From the NCBI RefSeq assembly GCF_036570505.1, contig NZ_DATCYB010000085.1, positions 1,503 to 65,502 of the forward strand: a stretch of DNA of 64,000 nucleotides. Reading direction: 5' to 3'. Position 1 is the first letter of the stretch; every line of letters starts with the position of its first letter. A program made the position numbers and the translations under genes. Of the stretch, positions 1 through 9,604 are shown piece after piece. The DNA comes from Allosphingosinicella sp. (GTDB taxonomy: Bacteria > Pseudomonadota > Alphaproteobacteria > Sphingomonadales > Sphingomonadaceae). The notes under the pieces were generated by a model, which saw only the letters and a list, made by a program, of their open reading frames with translations, was not told the origin of the DNA and searched no databases.

Positions 1-5
1 CGCCG

Positions 6-329
6 GTGAAGCGCTTCCTTCAGCTCCTGACCGCACTGGCCATGCTGCTGGCGCCGCTGACGATGGTCGGCGGCGGCGCGGCGATGGCGATGCCGCATGA
101 TATGGCTACCGAAGCCGGAATGGATCATTGCGCCGGCATGGACGAGCCTTCGAAGGACCAGCCACGCGGCGACATCGAATGCATGATGGCCTGCGCGGCG
201 ATCCCGCCACTGGCTTCACGATTCGAGGCGCGGCTGATGGCGTCGGCGCCTTTGCCGCGCGCTTTCGTGGCGACCGAAGCCCGCGGCCTCGATCCCGAAG
301 CCGAAACGCCGCCTCCCCGATCCTCCTGA
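6..329 (+). CDS. small exported Met/His/Cys-rich protein, probable copper-island accessory protein
   Basis: 107-aa ORF. Its GTG start is 5 nt from the window edge, so it could extend upstream. Signal-like N-terminus LLTALAMLLAPLTMVGGGAAMA. Ligand-rich motifs MPHDM, GMDHCAGMD, ECMMAC. Lies directly upstream of the copAB cluster. Confidence 0.45.
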   Translation: MKRFLQLLTALAMLLAPLTMVGGGAAMAMPHDMATEAGMDHCAGMDEPSKDQPRGDIECMMACAAIPPLASRFEARLMASAPLPRAFVATEARGLDPEAETPPPRSS

Positions 330-369
330 AGCGAATCCCCGATACAGACGCTTTTCAGGAGATTTAGAC

Positions 370-621
370 ATGAAGACGCTCATTGCCGCGATCGCGCTGA
401 CGATCGCCGTTCCCGCCGCCGCGCAGACCACCGCCGATCCCCACGCCGCCCACAAGACGACCGAGCATGAAGGCCATGAAAAGGGCCAGCATGAGGGCCA
501 CATGATGGACTGCTGCAAGGATGCCGACGGCAACGGCAAGATGGACTGCTGCGAGGCGATGGAAAGCGGCGAGGCCGACGAGTCCAAGGCCGGCCACGAA
601 GGCCATCAGATGAAGCATTGA
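370..621 (+). CDS. small periplasmic His-rich metal-binding protein
   Basis: AGGAGA Shine-Dalgarno upstream of the ATG. Signal peptide MKTLIAAIALTIAVPAAAQ. The mature part has 9 His (HEGHEKGQHEGH, GHEGHQMKH) and two M-D-C-C motifs. Confidence 0.6.
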   Translation: MKTLIAAIALTIAVPAAAQTTADPHAAHKTTEHEGHEKGQHEGHMMDCCKDADGNGKMDCCEAMESGEADESKAGHEGHQMKH

Positions 622-672
622 CGGGCGCCGGGCGGGGGCTCGGCGCCTCCGCCCACGCTTTCGCGACCGGCG

Positions 673-704
673 CTTGACCTTGGCATCGTGTCAGGCCTGA
701 CAAG
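673..704 (+). promoter_or_regulatory. putative MerR/CueR-type operator upstream of the multicopper oxidase gene
   Basis: CTTGACCTTGGCATCGTGTCAG (673-694) matches the operator core of the ATPase promoter at 8691-8712 (minus strand) at 19 of 22 positions. A perfect 14-bp palindrome TGTCAGGCCTGACA lies at 689-702. No good -10 hexamer at 17-19 bp spacing, hence low confidence. Confidence 0.35.
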
Positions 705-742
705 GCGCGCCGGACGGCGTTCGGCCGCCTCGGGATTTTGAA

Positions 743-2524
743 ATGAACCATATATCCACATGGGACCGCCGCGCGCTGCTGCGCGGCGCCGCGCTCGGTG
801 GCCTCGGCGTCGGGCTTCACGGATTGTTCCCCGCCTGGGCACAGTCGGGAAGCCCTGGCCTCGCCCCACAAATGCCCATCCTCTCGGGCGAGGACATACA
901 CCTCAAGGTCGCGCACAGCCCGTTCACGGTCGGCGGCCGCACCGGCCATGCGATCACGATGAACGGCGTTCTCCCGGCCCCACTCATCCGTCTGCGTGAA
1001 GGGCAAAATGCCCGCATCCACGTCGAGAACGCGCTCGATGAGGACACGTCCATCCACTGGCACGGCTTCATCCTGCCGTTCCACATGGACGGCGTGCCCG
1101 GCATCAGCTTCCCGGGCATCCAGCCAAGGACCACCTTCACCTACGAGTTCCCAGTCATCCAGAACGGCACCTACTGGTATCACAGCCATTCGGGGCTCCA
1201 GGAGCAGATCGGCCATTACGGCCCGATCGTCATCGATCCGGTTAATACCGATCCGGTCGCCTCCGACCGCGAGCATGTGATCGTCCTGTCCGACTGGACC
1301 TTCCTTCATCCGCACCAGGTGATGGGCAAGCTCAAGAAGCAGGGCGGCTATTTCAACCGTCAGAAGCAGACGCTCGCCGGCCTGCTAGGCGAGGGCGATC
1401 CGGAAGAGGCCATGTCCCTCTCCGATCGCCTGATGTGGGGCGGCATGCGCATGGACCCGACCGACATCGCCGACGTGACGGGTTTCACCTATACCTACCT
1501 CATCAACGGCCACGGCCCCGCCGAGAACTGGACCGGCCTCTTCCGCCCCGGCGAGCGGGTACGCCTGCGCTTCATCAACGCCTCGGCCATGACCATCTTC
1601 AACATCCGCATTCCCGGCCTGCCGATGACCATGGTCAACGCGGACGGGCAAAATGTGCGGCCCGTCGAGGTCGACGAATTCCAGATTTCGGTGGCGGAGA
1701 CCTACGACGCCATCGTCACGCCGACCGAGGACAAGGCCTTCACCCTCGTCGCGGAATCGATAGACCGCTCGGGTCTGGGTCGGGCGACGCTGGCGCCGCG
1801 CATGGGCATGCAAGCGCCGGTTCCGGCGCTAAGGCCACGTCCGACCCTGTCGATGAAGGACATGGGCATGGGTGGGATGGACCACGGCGCGATGAGTCAT
1901 GGCTCCATGCAGGAAATGGATCACGGCTCCGGCACTGGCGGCATGGACGGAATGAGCCACGACATGCGCGACAAGTCGCTCGTTCCGCCCGACGTGAAGG
2001 TCGGCGTCGGCGTCGACATGATCGCGCCGATGCCGGTCGACCGCACCGGCGACCGGCCGCTGGGCCTGGAGGACGTGCCGCACCGCGTCCTCACCTACCA
2101 CGACCTCGCGCCGCTGACGCCGTTCCACGACACACGCGAGCCGACCCGCAGCGTCGACATCCACCTCACCGGCAACATGGAACGCTTCATGTGGTCGTTT
2201 GACGGCAGGAAGATGAACGAAGGGGCCGAGCCGATCCGCTTCGCCCTGGGCGAGCGCGTCCGCGTCAACCTCATCAATGACAGCATGATGAGTCACCCCA
2301 TCCACATCCACGGCCATCTTTTCGAGGTCGTGACCGGCATGCCGCACGGCAATCCCGTGAAGCACACGGTGAACGTGATGCCCGGCGGCAAGGCGAGCTT
2401 CGACCTCACTGCCGACGCCCCCGGCGACTGGGCCTTCCACTGCCACCTCCTCTACCACATGCACGCCGGCATGATGAACGTGGTGAAGATCCGGCCGATG
2501 GACGATGAAGGAGAGGTCGCATGA
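743..2524 (+). CDS. copA: copper-resistance multicopper oxidase CopA/PcoA
   Basis: Tat-type signal RRALLRGAALGG. Cupredoxin copper-ligand motifs IHWHGF, YWYHSH, HPIHIHGH, HCHLLYHMHAGMM. Met/His-rich loop MKDMGMGGMDHGAMSHGSMQEMDHG. Confidence 0.95.
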   Translation: MNHISTWDRRALLRGAALGGLGVGLHGLFPAWAQSGSPGLAPQMPILSGEDIHLKVAHSPFTVGGRTGHAITMNGVLPAPLIRLREGQNARIHVENALDEDTSIHWHGFILPFHMDGVPGISFPGIQPRTTFTYEFPVIQNGTYWYHSHSGLQEQIGHYGPIVIDPVNTDPVASDREHVIVLSDWTFLHPHQVMGKLKKQGGYFNRQKQTLAGLLGEGDPEEAMSLSDRLMWGGMRMDPTDIADVTGFTYTYLINGHGPAENWTGLFRPGERVRLRFINASAMTIFNIRIPGLPMTMVNADGQNVRPVEVDEFQISVAETYDAIVTPTEDKAFTLVAESIDRSGLGRATLAPRMGMQAPVPALRPRPTLSMKDMGMGGMDHGAMSHGSMQEMDHGSGTGGMDGMSHDMRDKSLVPPDVKVGVGVDMIAPMPVDRTGDRPLGLEDVPHRVLTYHDLAPLTPFHDTREPTRSVDIHLTGNMERFMWSFDGRKMNEGAEPIRFALGERVRVNLINDSMMSHPIHIHGHLFEVVTGMPHGNPVKHTVNVMPGGKASFDLTADAPGDWAFHCHLLYHMHAGMMNVVKIRPMDDEGEVA

Positions 2525-3567
2525 AGCCCTTCCTGATCGCGCTCGGCGCCTCCGTGTTCGCCTTCCCCTCGGCCGCGCTCGCCCAGCATGCCGGCCATTC
2601 TTCCCCTCCCGCGCCCGCGCAGGACGCGCATGCCGGCCACGAGATGCCGCCTCCGCCCGCGCCGGAACCGGCCGATCCGCATGCCGGTCACGACATGGGC
2701 TCCGAGCCGGAGCCGCAGCCCACGGATCCGCACGCCGGGCACGTCATGCCCCGGGAAGCGCCCGCCGACCCGCATGCGGGCCGCGCCATGCCGGGAATGG
2801 CCGCCGAGAATGCCCCGCCGGTCGCCCCGCCTCCACCGGAGGCCTTTCAGGGGGCGGAGCATGCCGGGACGACCGTCTGGGACCGCGAACTCTTCCTCCG
2901 CAAACGCGAGACGGCCCTGATCAAGGAGCATGGCGGCTTCACCACGGGCATAGTGCTCGTCGACCGGCTCGAATACCGGGCGCTGGAGGGGCGCGACGGC
3001 TACAAGTGGGACGGCCAAGGCTGGTACGGCGGCGACTATCACAAAATCTGGTTCAAAAGCGAAGGCGAGGGCGGCTTCGGCGAAGCCCCGGAACAGGCCG
3101 AGGTGCAACTCCTCTACAGCCGCGCCCTCGACCCATGGTTCAACCTCCAGGCCGGCATCCGCCATGATTTCCGCCCCTACCCGGAGCGCACCCATCTCGT
3201 CCTCGGCATCCAGGGCCTCGCCCCCTATTGGTTCGAGGTGGATGGCCAGCTGTTCCTCTCGGACAAGGGCGATGTAACCGCCCGCTTCGAGGCGGAATAT
3301 GACCAGAGGATCACGCAAAAGCTGATCCTCCAGCCACTCGTCGAATTCGATCTCGCCGCCCAGGACGTGCCCGAGCTGGGCATCGGCGCTGGTCTGTCCT
3401 CGGTCGAGGCCGGCCTCCGCCTCCGCTACGAATTCGCCCCCGAGTTCGCGCCCTATATCGGCGTCGAATATGAACGGAAATTCGGTGACACGGCCGACTT
3501 CGCTCGCACGGCGGGCGAGGATGTCGGCGGCTGGGCCCTCCTGATCGGGCTCAGAAGCTGGCTCTGA
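2521..3567 (+). CDS. copB: copper resistance protein B (outer-membrane CopB/PcoB)
   Basis: ATGA overlap with the copA stop. Signal peptide. Five D(P/A)HAGH/R repeats in the N-terminal third. The C-terminal part looks like a beta-barrel and ends LIGLRSWL. Confidence 0.9.
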   Translation: MKPFLIALGASVFAFPSAALAQHAGHSSPPAPAQDAHAGHEMPPPPAPEPADPHAGHDMGSEPEPQPTDPHAGHVMPREAPADPHAGRAMPGMAAENAPPVAPPPPEAFQGAEHAGTTVWDRELFLRKRETALIKEHGGFTTGIVLVDRLEYRALEGRDGYKWDGQGWYGGDYHKIWFKSEGEGGFGEAPEQAEVQLLYSRALDPWFNLQAGIRHDFRPYPERTHLVLGIQGLAPYWFEVDGQLFLSDKGDVTARFEAEYDQRITQKLILQPLVEFDLAAQDVPELGIGAGLSSVEAGLRLRYEFAPEFAPYIGVEYERKFGDTADFARTAGEDVGGWALLIGLRSWL

Positions 3568-4184
3568 TGCATTGGGCGGCCGTCGCCATACTGTTCGTCG
3601 GCCTCATGCTCGGTGGGGTGTCGCCCGCCTCGGCGCATAAGGCCCATGAGCGTAACGAAGTCGCCGAAGCCCTGTCTGAGGCGCCCAAGTCGTTGTCCAG
3701 CTCTTCGGCCGCGCCGTCACCCGAAACGCAAACGAAGGTGACGGAGGAGGCGCGGTCTCCCACGTTCGAGCGGCTGCTCGACTGGCTTGGGCGGCTACAT
3801 CCGTCGATCGTCCATTTCCCGCTCGCCTTCGTGCCGGCGGCCCTGTTCACGGCGGTCGTCGGACGCCGGAGACCCGGATTTCAAGAGGCGACGCGCTTCC
3901 TCATTCTCGCCGGTGGTCTCACCGCGCCGGTGGCGATGCTCCTCGGCTGGCTCGATGGCGGCTGGTCTCTCTGGGACAAGGATCGGATAATGACGGTGCA
4001 TCGCTGGCTCGGCACAGCCATCGGCATTGGCGGCCTCGCCTTGGCGGCATGGGTTCTGGTTCGGCCGAGGCACGTCCACGGGAACGTCATGCTGGCCGTC
4101 CTCGTTGCCATGACGGCCGCCATCCTTGTGCAGGGCTGGCATGGCGGCGCGCTGATCCACGGCGTCGATCACTTGGCGTGGTGA
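3567..4184 (+). CDS. DUF2231-like integral membrane protein
   Basis: Start overlaps the copB stop by 1 nt. Motif LHPSIVHFPLAF followed by 3-4 hydrophobic helices, as in DUF2231 proteins of copper clusters (family call from memory). Confidence 0.65.
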   Translation: MHWAAVAILFVGLMLGGVSPASAHKAHERNEVAEALSEAPKSLSSSSAAPSPETQTKVTEEARSPTFERLLDWLGRLHPSIVHFPLAFVPAALFTAVVGRRRPGFQEATRFLILAGGLTAPVAMLLGWLDGGWSLWDKDRIMTVHRWLGTAIGIGGLALAAWVLVRPRHVHGNVMLAVLVAMTAAILVQGWHGGALIHGVDHLAW

Positions 4185-4268
4185 GCCCGTGGCATCCGGA
4201 GTCGCGCGCTCCGTTGGCGCATCTTCGGCCTGCGGGATTGACGGTCCGGATTTCGATCGGAGGGGTTC

Positions 4269-4760
4269 ATGGATCACGAGCACCCACGACGAGGCGCGGG
4301 CGCAGGCGCACTCGGCCGGGATGTCGCTCAATCGCCTGGCCTTTACCGCGACCGTTCACTGCCTGTCCGGCTGCGCGACCGGCGAAATGCTGGGCATGGT
4401 GATCGGCACGGCGCTCGCTTGGTCGAATGTGCAAACCATCGTGCTCGCCGTCATCCTCGCCTTCCTCTTCGGCTACGCCTTCACGATGGTGCCGCTCGTG
4501 CGCGCGGGCCTCGCCTTCGGCGCGGTACTGAAGCTGGCTCTCGCGGCCGACACCGTCTCGGTCCCGATCATGGAGATTGTCGACAACGCGATCATGCTGA
4601 TCATCCCCGGCGCGATGGACGCGGGGCTTGACAGCTTTCTCTTCTGGGGCAGCCCGCGCTCGCGCTCCTGATCGCCGGCGCGGCCGCCTTTCCCGTCAAC
4701 CGATGGCTGATCGCGCGTGGCAAGGACCATGCCGTCGTTCATGAACACCATCATCATTGA
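4269..4760 (+). pseudogene. DUF4396-family membrane protein gene with two frameshifts
   Basis: GGAGG SD plus ATG 4269 gives MDHEH in frame 3. The conserved core SLNRLAFTATVHCLSGCATGEMLGMVIG...LFWGS is in frame 1 (about 4285-4650). The conserved tail ALALLIAGAAAFPVNRWLIARGKDHAVVHEHHHH* is back in frame 3 and ends at 4760. The shifts map near the CCC run at about 4283 and near 4650. Confidence 0.6.
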
Positions 4761-4770
4761 GGGGCCTTTC

Positions 4771-5253
4771 ATGCCGGAACATGCAGGACATCGGGAGTCG
4801 GGCCACGGAGTGAAGGGACACTATGGCGCGCTTGGCATCGAGATGGCGGCCCATTTCGTCATCATGTACCTCGTCATGTACACGATGATCGCGACGCTCG
4901 ATCATTTCTATTTCAACAACAACACTCTCTGGATGACGCTGATGATGGTGACGCCGATGGCGCTCATCATGATGCTCACCATGCGCCCGATGTTTCCCTC
5001 AAGATCGCTTAACGTCGCCGTCGCCACAGTCGCGATGCTGGTGTTCGCCGGCAGCTTCTGGGCCATGCGCGTGCAGGGCGGCATCGGCAACGAGGAGTTT
5101 TTGAAGTCGATGATCCCGCACCATTCGGGCGCCATCCTGATGTGCGAGCAGGCGTCGATCACCGACCCGGAAATCATCGACCTCTGCCGGGAGATTGTAG
5201 AATCGCAGAGGCGCGAGGTCGCTCAGATGCGACGGCTTCTCGAGCGCTACTGA
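4771..5253 (+). CDS. DUF305 domain protein (copper/metal-island associated)
   Basis: Start chosen at MPEHAGH, 10 nt after the DUF4396 tail. Three hydrophobic helices, then IPHHSGAILMCE and EIVESQRREVAQM, typical of DUF305. Confidence 0.8.
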   Translation: MPEHAGHRESGHGVKGHYGALGIEMAAHFVIMYLVMYTMIATLDHFYFNNNTLWMTLMMVTPMALIMMLTMRPMFPSRSLNVAVATVAMLVFAGSFWAMRVQGGIGNEEFLKSMIPHHSGAILMCEQASITDPEIIDLCREIVESQRREVAQMRRLLERY

Positions 5254-5304
5254 ACGCGCGAGCCACAGAACGAGAGTCCGACCCCTTCGCGCGGGCGCGA
5301 ACCT

Positions 5305-6051
5305 TTAGGCCCGCGCTTCAGCGGCCCTGGCCTCCCGCCGGGCCTTCCGGCGTTTCCGCCAGCCGTGATAGCCGAAGCGGCTCGGGAACATGATGATTCC
5401 GGTGACGATCACGATCAGCGCCAGCGCCGTCGAGATGATGAGCAGCGGCGTGTTGAAGTCCTCGTGATTCTTGAAGTCCATGATGTGGAGCGACCAGAGG
5501 AAGTCGAAGGTGCGCCACAGAGTCGATCGCCGCGCCGTGACCGCGCCGGTGTCGGCGGCGACATAGAGGGCGCGGTTGGCGCCGTCCTCGAAATCGATCC
5601 GCCAGGCGGGGAGGGGGCCGCGATATTCGGTGGTGTTCTCGGTCACCTGGCTGACGCGCGCCGCCCGCTCGTCCCCGTCATGGTCGCGCTCGGCGATGGC
5701 CACGGCCATGGAAGCGGGGATGGGGGAAATCTGCTGCCCGGTGGAAAGATTGTAGAGGCGGGGACGCGCTTCGCCGTTGCTGACCAGGGCCACCGGCTTG
5801 TCCAGCAGGCTGCGGAGCTCGATCTTGTCCGCCGCGGCCGCCTGCGATCCCGCGATCCGCTGGAGGCCGATGGCGGCGGTGCTGAGGGAGACCGGCTGGA
5901 TCGGCAACTCGGCGATGCGATGCTCGCTCCGTACCGTCTCGATCGGCGCGATGGCGAAGAACAGCCCGCTGACGAACCAGAACAGGATCTGGATCGCCAT
6001 CAGCAGCGCCAGCCATTTGTGAACCTTCGCCGAAACCCGCGCCCAACTCAT
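5305..6051 (-). CDS. PepSY domain / PepSY-associated TM helix membrane protein
   Basis: Start chosen at MSWARVSAKVHKWLALLMAIQILFWFVSGLFF, with AGGGAG SD 14 nt after the cueR stop. C-terminal second TM helix and a basic tail. Confidence 0.7.
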   Translation of the reverse strand: MSWARVSAKVHKWLALLMAIQILFWFVSGLFFAIAPIETVRSEHRIAELPIQPVSLSTAAIGLQRIAGSQAAAADKIELRSLLDKPVALVSNGEARPRLYNLSTGQQISPIPASMAVAIAERDHDGDERAARVSQVTENTTEYRGPLPAWRIDFEDGANRALYVAADTGAVTARRSTLWRTFDFLWSLHIMDFKNHEDFNTPLLIISTALALIVIVTGIIMFPSRFGYHGWRKRRKARREARAAEARA

Positions 6052-6065
6052 TTGGGATGCTCCCT

Positions 6066-6464
6066 CTACTGGGGAGAGGGCGTAGCAAGCCTTTCTATGA
6101 TGGGGCAATCCGGGCGATCGTTGCCGTGGCATTTTTCGGCAAGGTCGAGCAGGGATGCCCGCATAGCCTCCAGCGCCTCCGCCTTCCGATGCAGTTCCTC
6201 GGCGCGGGCGAGGGCGAGCGCCTTCACCTCGGCGCTGGCGCGCTCCTTGTCCGACCAGAGCGAGAGAAGCCGCCCGATCTCCTCGATCGGAAAGCCGAGG
6301 TCGCGGGCGTTGGCGATAAAGCGGAGGCGGGCGACGTCGGCCGGCGCATAGTCGCGATAGCCCGAGTCGCGGCGCGGCGGCGCGGGGATGAGGCCGATCT
6401 TCTCATAGTGGCGGATCATCCGCTGCGAGACGCCGCTCGCCTTCGAGGCCGCGCCGATATTCAT
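6066..6464 (-). CDS. cueR: Cu(I)-responsive MerR-family regulator CueR/HmrR
   Basis: N-terminal w[28 protein letters not shown]. Dimerisation helix. C-terminal C-x7-C loop CHGNDRPDC. 4-nt overlap with the ATPase stop. Confidence 0.9.
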   Translation of the reverse strand: MNIGAASKASGVSQRMIRHYEKIGLIPAPPRRDSGYRDYAPADVARLRFIANARDLGFPIEEIGRLLSLWSDKERASAEVKALALARAEELHRKAEALEAMRASLLDLAEKCHGNDRPDCPIIERLATPSPQ

Positions 6465-8656
6465 AGCCTCACCCTGTTGAGCCTCAGCGCGTTGGCTACC
6501 ACGGTCACCGACGAAAGCGCCATCGCCGCTCCCGCGAACATCGGCGACATCAGGGTGCCGAACGGCGGGTAAAGTATACCAGCGGCGATCGGCAGGCCGA
6601 TGCCGTTGAACAGGAACGAGAAGAACAGGTTCTGCCGCACGTTCCGCATCGTCGCATCGGCGAGACGCCGGGCGCGGACGACGGCGGAAAGGTCGCCGCG
6701 GGTGAGCGTGATGCCGGCGCTTTCGATGGCGACGTCGGTGCCGGTGCCCATGGCGAGGCCGACATCGGCGGCAGCGAGGGCGGGGGCGTCGTTGATGCCA
6801 TCGCCGGCCATGGCGACGCGGGCGCCGGAGGCCTTGAGGCGGGCAACGAAATCGGCCTTGTCCCCGGGCCTCATCTCAGCATGGACCTCATCGACTCCGA
6901 CCTGCCGCGCCACGGCGTCGGCGGTGATCGGGTTGTCGCCGGTCAGCATGATGACGCGGATGCCCTCGCGGTGGAGGTCGGCCATCGCCTGATGGGCGTT
7001 GGCGCGAACGGGGTCCGCGACGGCGAGGAGTCCCGCGAGCTTGCCATCCACGGCCACAAACATCACGCCCGCGCCATTGCGGCGGCGTTCGTCGGCTGTC
7101 ACCGATAGCGGTGACGGATCGACGCCAACCCGCTTCATCTGGGCCTTGTTGCCGACGACGACCGAGCGCCCGCCGACGTTGGCGCTGACGCCCAAACCGG
7201 TCTGTGAATCGAAGTCCTCGGCCGGGGCGATCTCGCCCTTCTCGGCCGCTGCGACCACGATCGCGTGGGCGAGGGGGTGCTCCGATGGCTGCTCAACAGA
7301 GGCGGCGAGCGACAGCAGCTCCCGGTCGGCGAAGCCGTTCACCGTTTCGATCGCGGCGAGAGCGGGCTTGCCTTCGGTCAAGGTGCCCGTCTTGTCGACG
7401 ACGAGCGTGTCCACCTTTTCCAGTCCCTGCAACGCCTCGGCATGTTTGACGAGCACGCCGACATGGGCGCCGCGCCCGGTCGCGACCATGATCGACATGG
7501 GTGTGGCGAGGCCCAGCGCACAGGGACAGGCGATTATGAGGACGGCGATGGCGTTGAGGAGACCGTGCCCCATCGCCGGCTCGGGGCCGACGAGGCTCCA
7601 GACCACGAACGTCCCGGCGGCGAGCACGAGCACGAGGGGCACGAACCAGCCCGCGATGCGGTCGGCGACGGCCTGGATGGGCGCGCGGCTGCGCTGCGCC
7701 TCGGCGACCATGCGGACGATGCCGGCGAGCATCGTTTCCGAACCGACGGCCCGCGCCTCGATGACCAGGCTGCCGCGGCCGTTGACCGTGCCGGCGGCGA
7801 CGGTGGAGTCCTTTTCCTTGGCGACCGGCACCGGTTCGCCGGTCAGCATCGATTCGTCCACCGAAGAACGTCCGTCGAGCACGACGCCGTCGACCGGCAC
7901 GGCCTCGCCGGGACGGACACGGAGTCGATCGCCGCCATGGACGGCGTCCAGCTCGACCTCCTCTTCGGAGCCATCGTCGCGAATCCGCCGCGCTGTTTTC
8001 GGCGCGAGGTTGAGCAGGGCGCGGATGGCGCGTCCGGTCGCGGCGCGGGCGCGAAGCTCCAGCACCTGGCCGAGCAGCACCAGCGTGACCACCACGCCGG
8101 CCGCTTCATAATAGACGGGCACGCCGCCGCCATGGGTGCGGAAGCCGGCGGGGAAGATATCGGGCGCGAGCGTGGCGACGAGGCTGTAGAGGAACGCCGC
8201 GCCGACGCCGATGGCGATCAAGGTGAACATGTTGAAATGGCGGCTCTTGAGCGACGCCCAGCCCCGCTCGAAGAACGGCGCGCCGGCCCATAGCACGATC
8301 GGCGCGGTAAGCGCGAGCTGAACCCAGGCCGAAACCTGCGGGCTGAACAGTCCCAAGCCCAGCATCTCCGCGCCCATCGCCAGGAAGAGCAGCGGCACGG
8401 CGAGGACGGCCGCGACCTTCAGCCGCCGCGTGAAATCGACCAACTCCGGGTTCGGACCCTCGTCGAGCGAAGGCTCCATCGGTTCCAGCGCCATGCCGCA
8501 AATCGGGCAGTTGCCGGGCCCGACCTGCTGGATTTCCGGATGCATCGGGCAGGTCCAGATCGCCCCTTCCGGCGCGTCCGCTATGGGCCGTGGTCCGGAG
8601 CTCGCGGAGCAGCAGTCATGATGATGGTCGTGCTTGATCGCTCGGGCCTGATTCAT
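6461..8656 (-). CDS. copper-translocating P1B-type ATPase (CopA/ActP type)
   Basis: Motifs LTGEP, CPC ([12 protein letters not shown]), [16 protein letters not shown]-terminal His run plus CPMHPE...CPICGM metal-binding domain instead of GMTCxxC. ATG 8656 ([16 protein letters not shown]) is preferred over the GTG at 8677. Confidence 0.95.
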   Translation of the reverse strand: MNQARAIKHDHHHDCCSASSGPRPIADAPEGAIWTCPMHPEIQQVGPGNCPICGMALEPMEPSLDEGPNPELVDFTRRLKVAAVLAVPLLFLAMGAEMLGLGLFSPQVSAWVQLALTAPIVLWAGAPFFERGWASLKSRHFNMFTLIAIGVGAAFLYSLVATLAPDIFPAGFRTHGGGVPVYYEAAGVVVTLVLLGQVLELRARAATGRAIRALLNLAPKTARRIRDDGSEEEVELDAVHGGDRLRVRPGEAVPVDGVVLDGRSSVDESMLTGEPVPVAKEKDSTVAAGTVNGRGSLVIEARAVGSETMLAGIVRMVAEAQRSRAPIQAVADRIAGWFVPLVLVLAAGTFVVWSLVGPEPAMGHGLLNAIAVLIIACPCALGLATPMSIMVATGRGAHVGVLVKHAEALQGLEKVDTLVVDKTGTLTEGKPALAAIETVNGFADRELLSLAASVEQPSEHPLAHAIVVAAAEKGEIAPAEDFDSQTGLGVSANVGGRSVVVGNKAQMKRVGVDPSPLSVTADERRRNGAGVMFVAVDGKLAGLLAVADPVRANAHQAMADLHREGIRVIMLTGDNPITADAVARQVGVDEVHAEMRPGDKADFVARLKASGARVAMAGDGINDAPALAAADVGLAMGTGTDVAIESAGITLTRGDLSAVVRARRLADATMRNVRQNLFFSFLFNGIGLPIAAGILYPPFGTLMSPMFAGAAMALSSVTVVANALRLNRVRL

Positions 8657-8680
8657 GGCAAGAATTCTCCTCACCACGAC

Positions 8681-8712
8681 CAGATAATGTCTGACACCAT
8701 GTCAGGGTCAAG
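8681..8712 (-). promoter_or_regulatory. MerR(CueR)-type promoter/operator of the ATPase-cueR-PepSY operon
   Basis: Minus strand reads CTTGACC CTGACA TGG TGTCAG ACAT TATCTG. That is a -35 TTGACC, a 19-bp spacer holding the dyad CTGACA-N3-TGTCAG, and a -10-like TATCTG about 25 nt upstream of the ATG. Confidence 0.55.
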
Positions 8713-8720
8713 CCTCCCGG

Positions 8721-9563
8721 CTATACGCTCCGCCGGCTCATGAAGGCCAGCCGCTCGAACAGCATCACGTCCTGCTCGTTCTTGAGCAGCGCGCCGTGGA
8801 GGGGCGGGATAGCCTTCTTGGGATCGCGCGACTGGAGGACGTCGAGCGGCATGTCCTCGTGCAGCAGCAGCTTCAGCCAGTCGATCAGCTCGCTGGTCGA
8901 CGGCTTCTTCTTGAGGCCGGGAACCTCCCGCACCTCGTAAAAAACGTCCATCGCCTTCGAAACCAGCATCTTCTGGATGCCGGGGAAGTGCACGTCGATG
9001 ATCGCCTGCATCGTCGCCCGATCGGGAAAGGCGATGTAGTGGAAGAAGCAGCGGCGCAGGAAAGCGTCCGGCAGCTCCTTCTCGTTGTTCGACGTGATGA
9101 CGACGATCGGGCGCTCGGCCGCCTTCACCGTCTCGCCGGTCTCATAGACGTGGAACTCCATCCGGTCGAGCTCCTGGAGGAGGTCGTTCGGGAACTCGAT
9201 ATCGGCCTTGTCGATCTCGTCGATCAGCAGCACCGGCAGGCGCGGCGAGGTGAACGCGTCCCAGAGCTTGCCGCGCTTGATGTAGTTGGCAATGTCGTGG
9301 ACCCGCTCGTCGCCCAGTTGCCCGTCCCGCAGCCGCGCCACCGCGTCATATTCGTAGAGGCCTTGGTGGGCTTTGGTGGTCGACTTGACGTGCCATTCGA
9401 TGAGGGGGGCGCCGATTGCGTCGGCGATCTCGTGGGCGAGGATGGTCTTGCCGGTGCCGGGCTCGCCCTTGACGAGGAGCGGGCGGCGCAGCGCCACCGC
9501 GGCGTTGACCGCGACCTTGAGGTCGTCGGTCGCAACATAGCTTTTGGTGCCTTCGAAACGCAT
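8721..9563 (-). CDS. MoxR-family AAA+ ATPase
   Basis: Start chosen at MRFEGTKSYVATDDL. Walker A GEPGTGKT, Walker B VLLIDEIDKA, sensor region VVITSNNEKELPDAFLRRC. Confidence 0.9.
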   Translation of the reverse strand: MRFEGTKSYVATDDLKVAVNAAVALRRPLLVKGEPGTGKTILAHEIADAIGAPLIEWHVKSTTKAHQGLYEYDAVARLRDGQLGDERVHDIANYIKRGKLWDAFTSPRLPVLLIDEIDKADIEFPNDLLQELDRMEFHVYETGETVKAAERPIVVITSNNEKELPDAFLRRCFFHYIAFPDRATMQAIIDVHFPGIQKMLVSKAMDVFYEVREVPGLKKKPSTSELIDWLKLLLHEDMPLDVLQSRDPKKAIPPLHGALLKNEQDVMLFERLAFMSRRSV

Positions 9564-9604
9564 GGCCCGCGAATAGGGGAGGGGCCGGGTGCGCGCAACT
9601 CCCG

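Noticed and set aside
2580-2800. Periodic repeat (about 5 units) that could be mistaken for a tandem DNA repeat or mini-array
   Set aside because: The units are irregularly spaced and in frame within copB. They encode D(P/A)HAGH metal-binding motifs, so this is a protein-level repeat, not a CRISPR array or VNTR.
8657-8677. GTG 8677 as the start of the P-type ATPase (738-aa version)
   Set aside because: The predicted -10 of the MerR-type promoter would place the transcription start at or downstream of this codon. ATG 8656 has a GAGGAG SD and gives a typical N-terminus.
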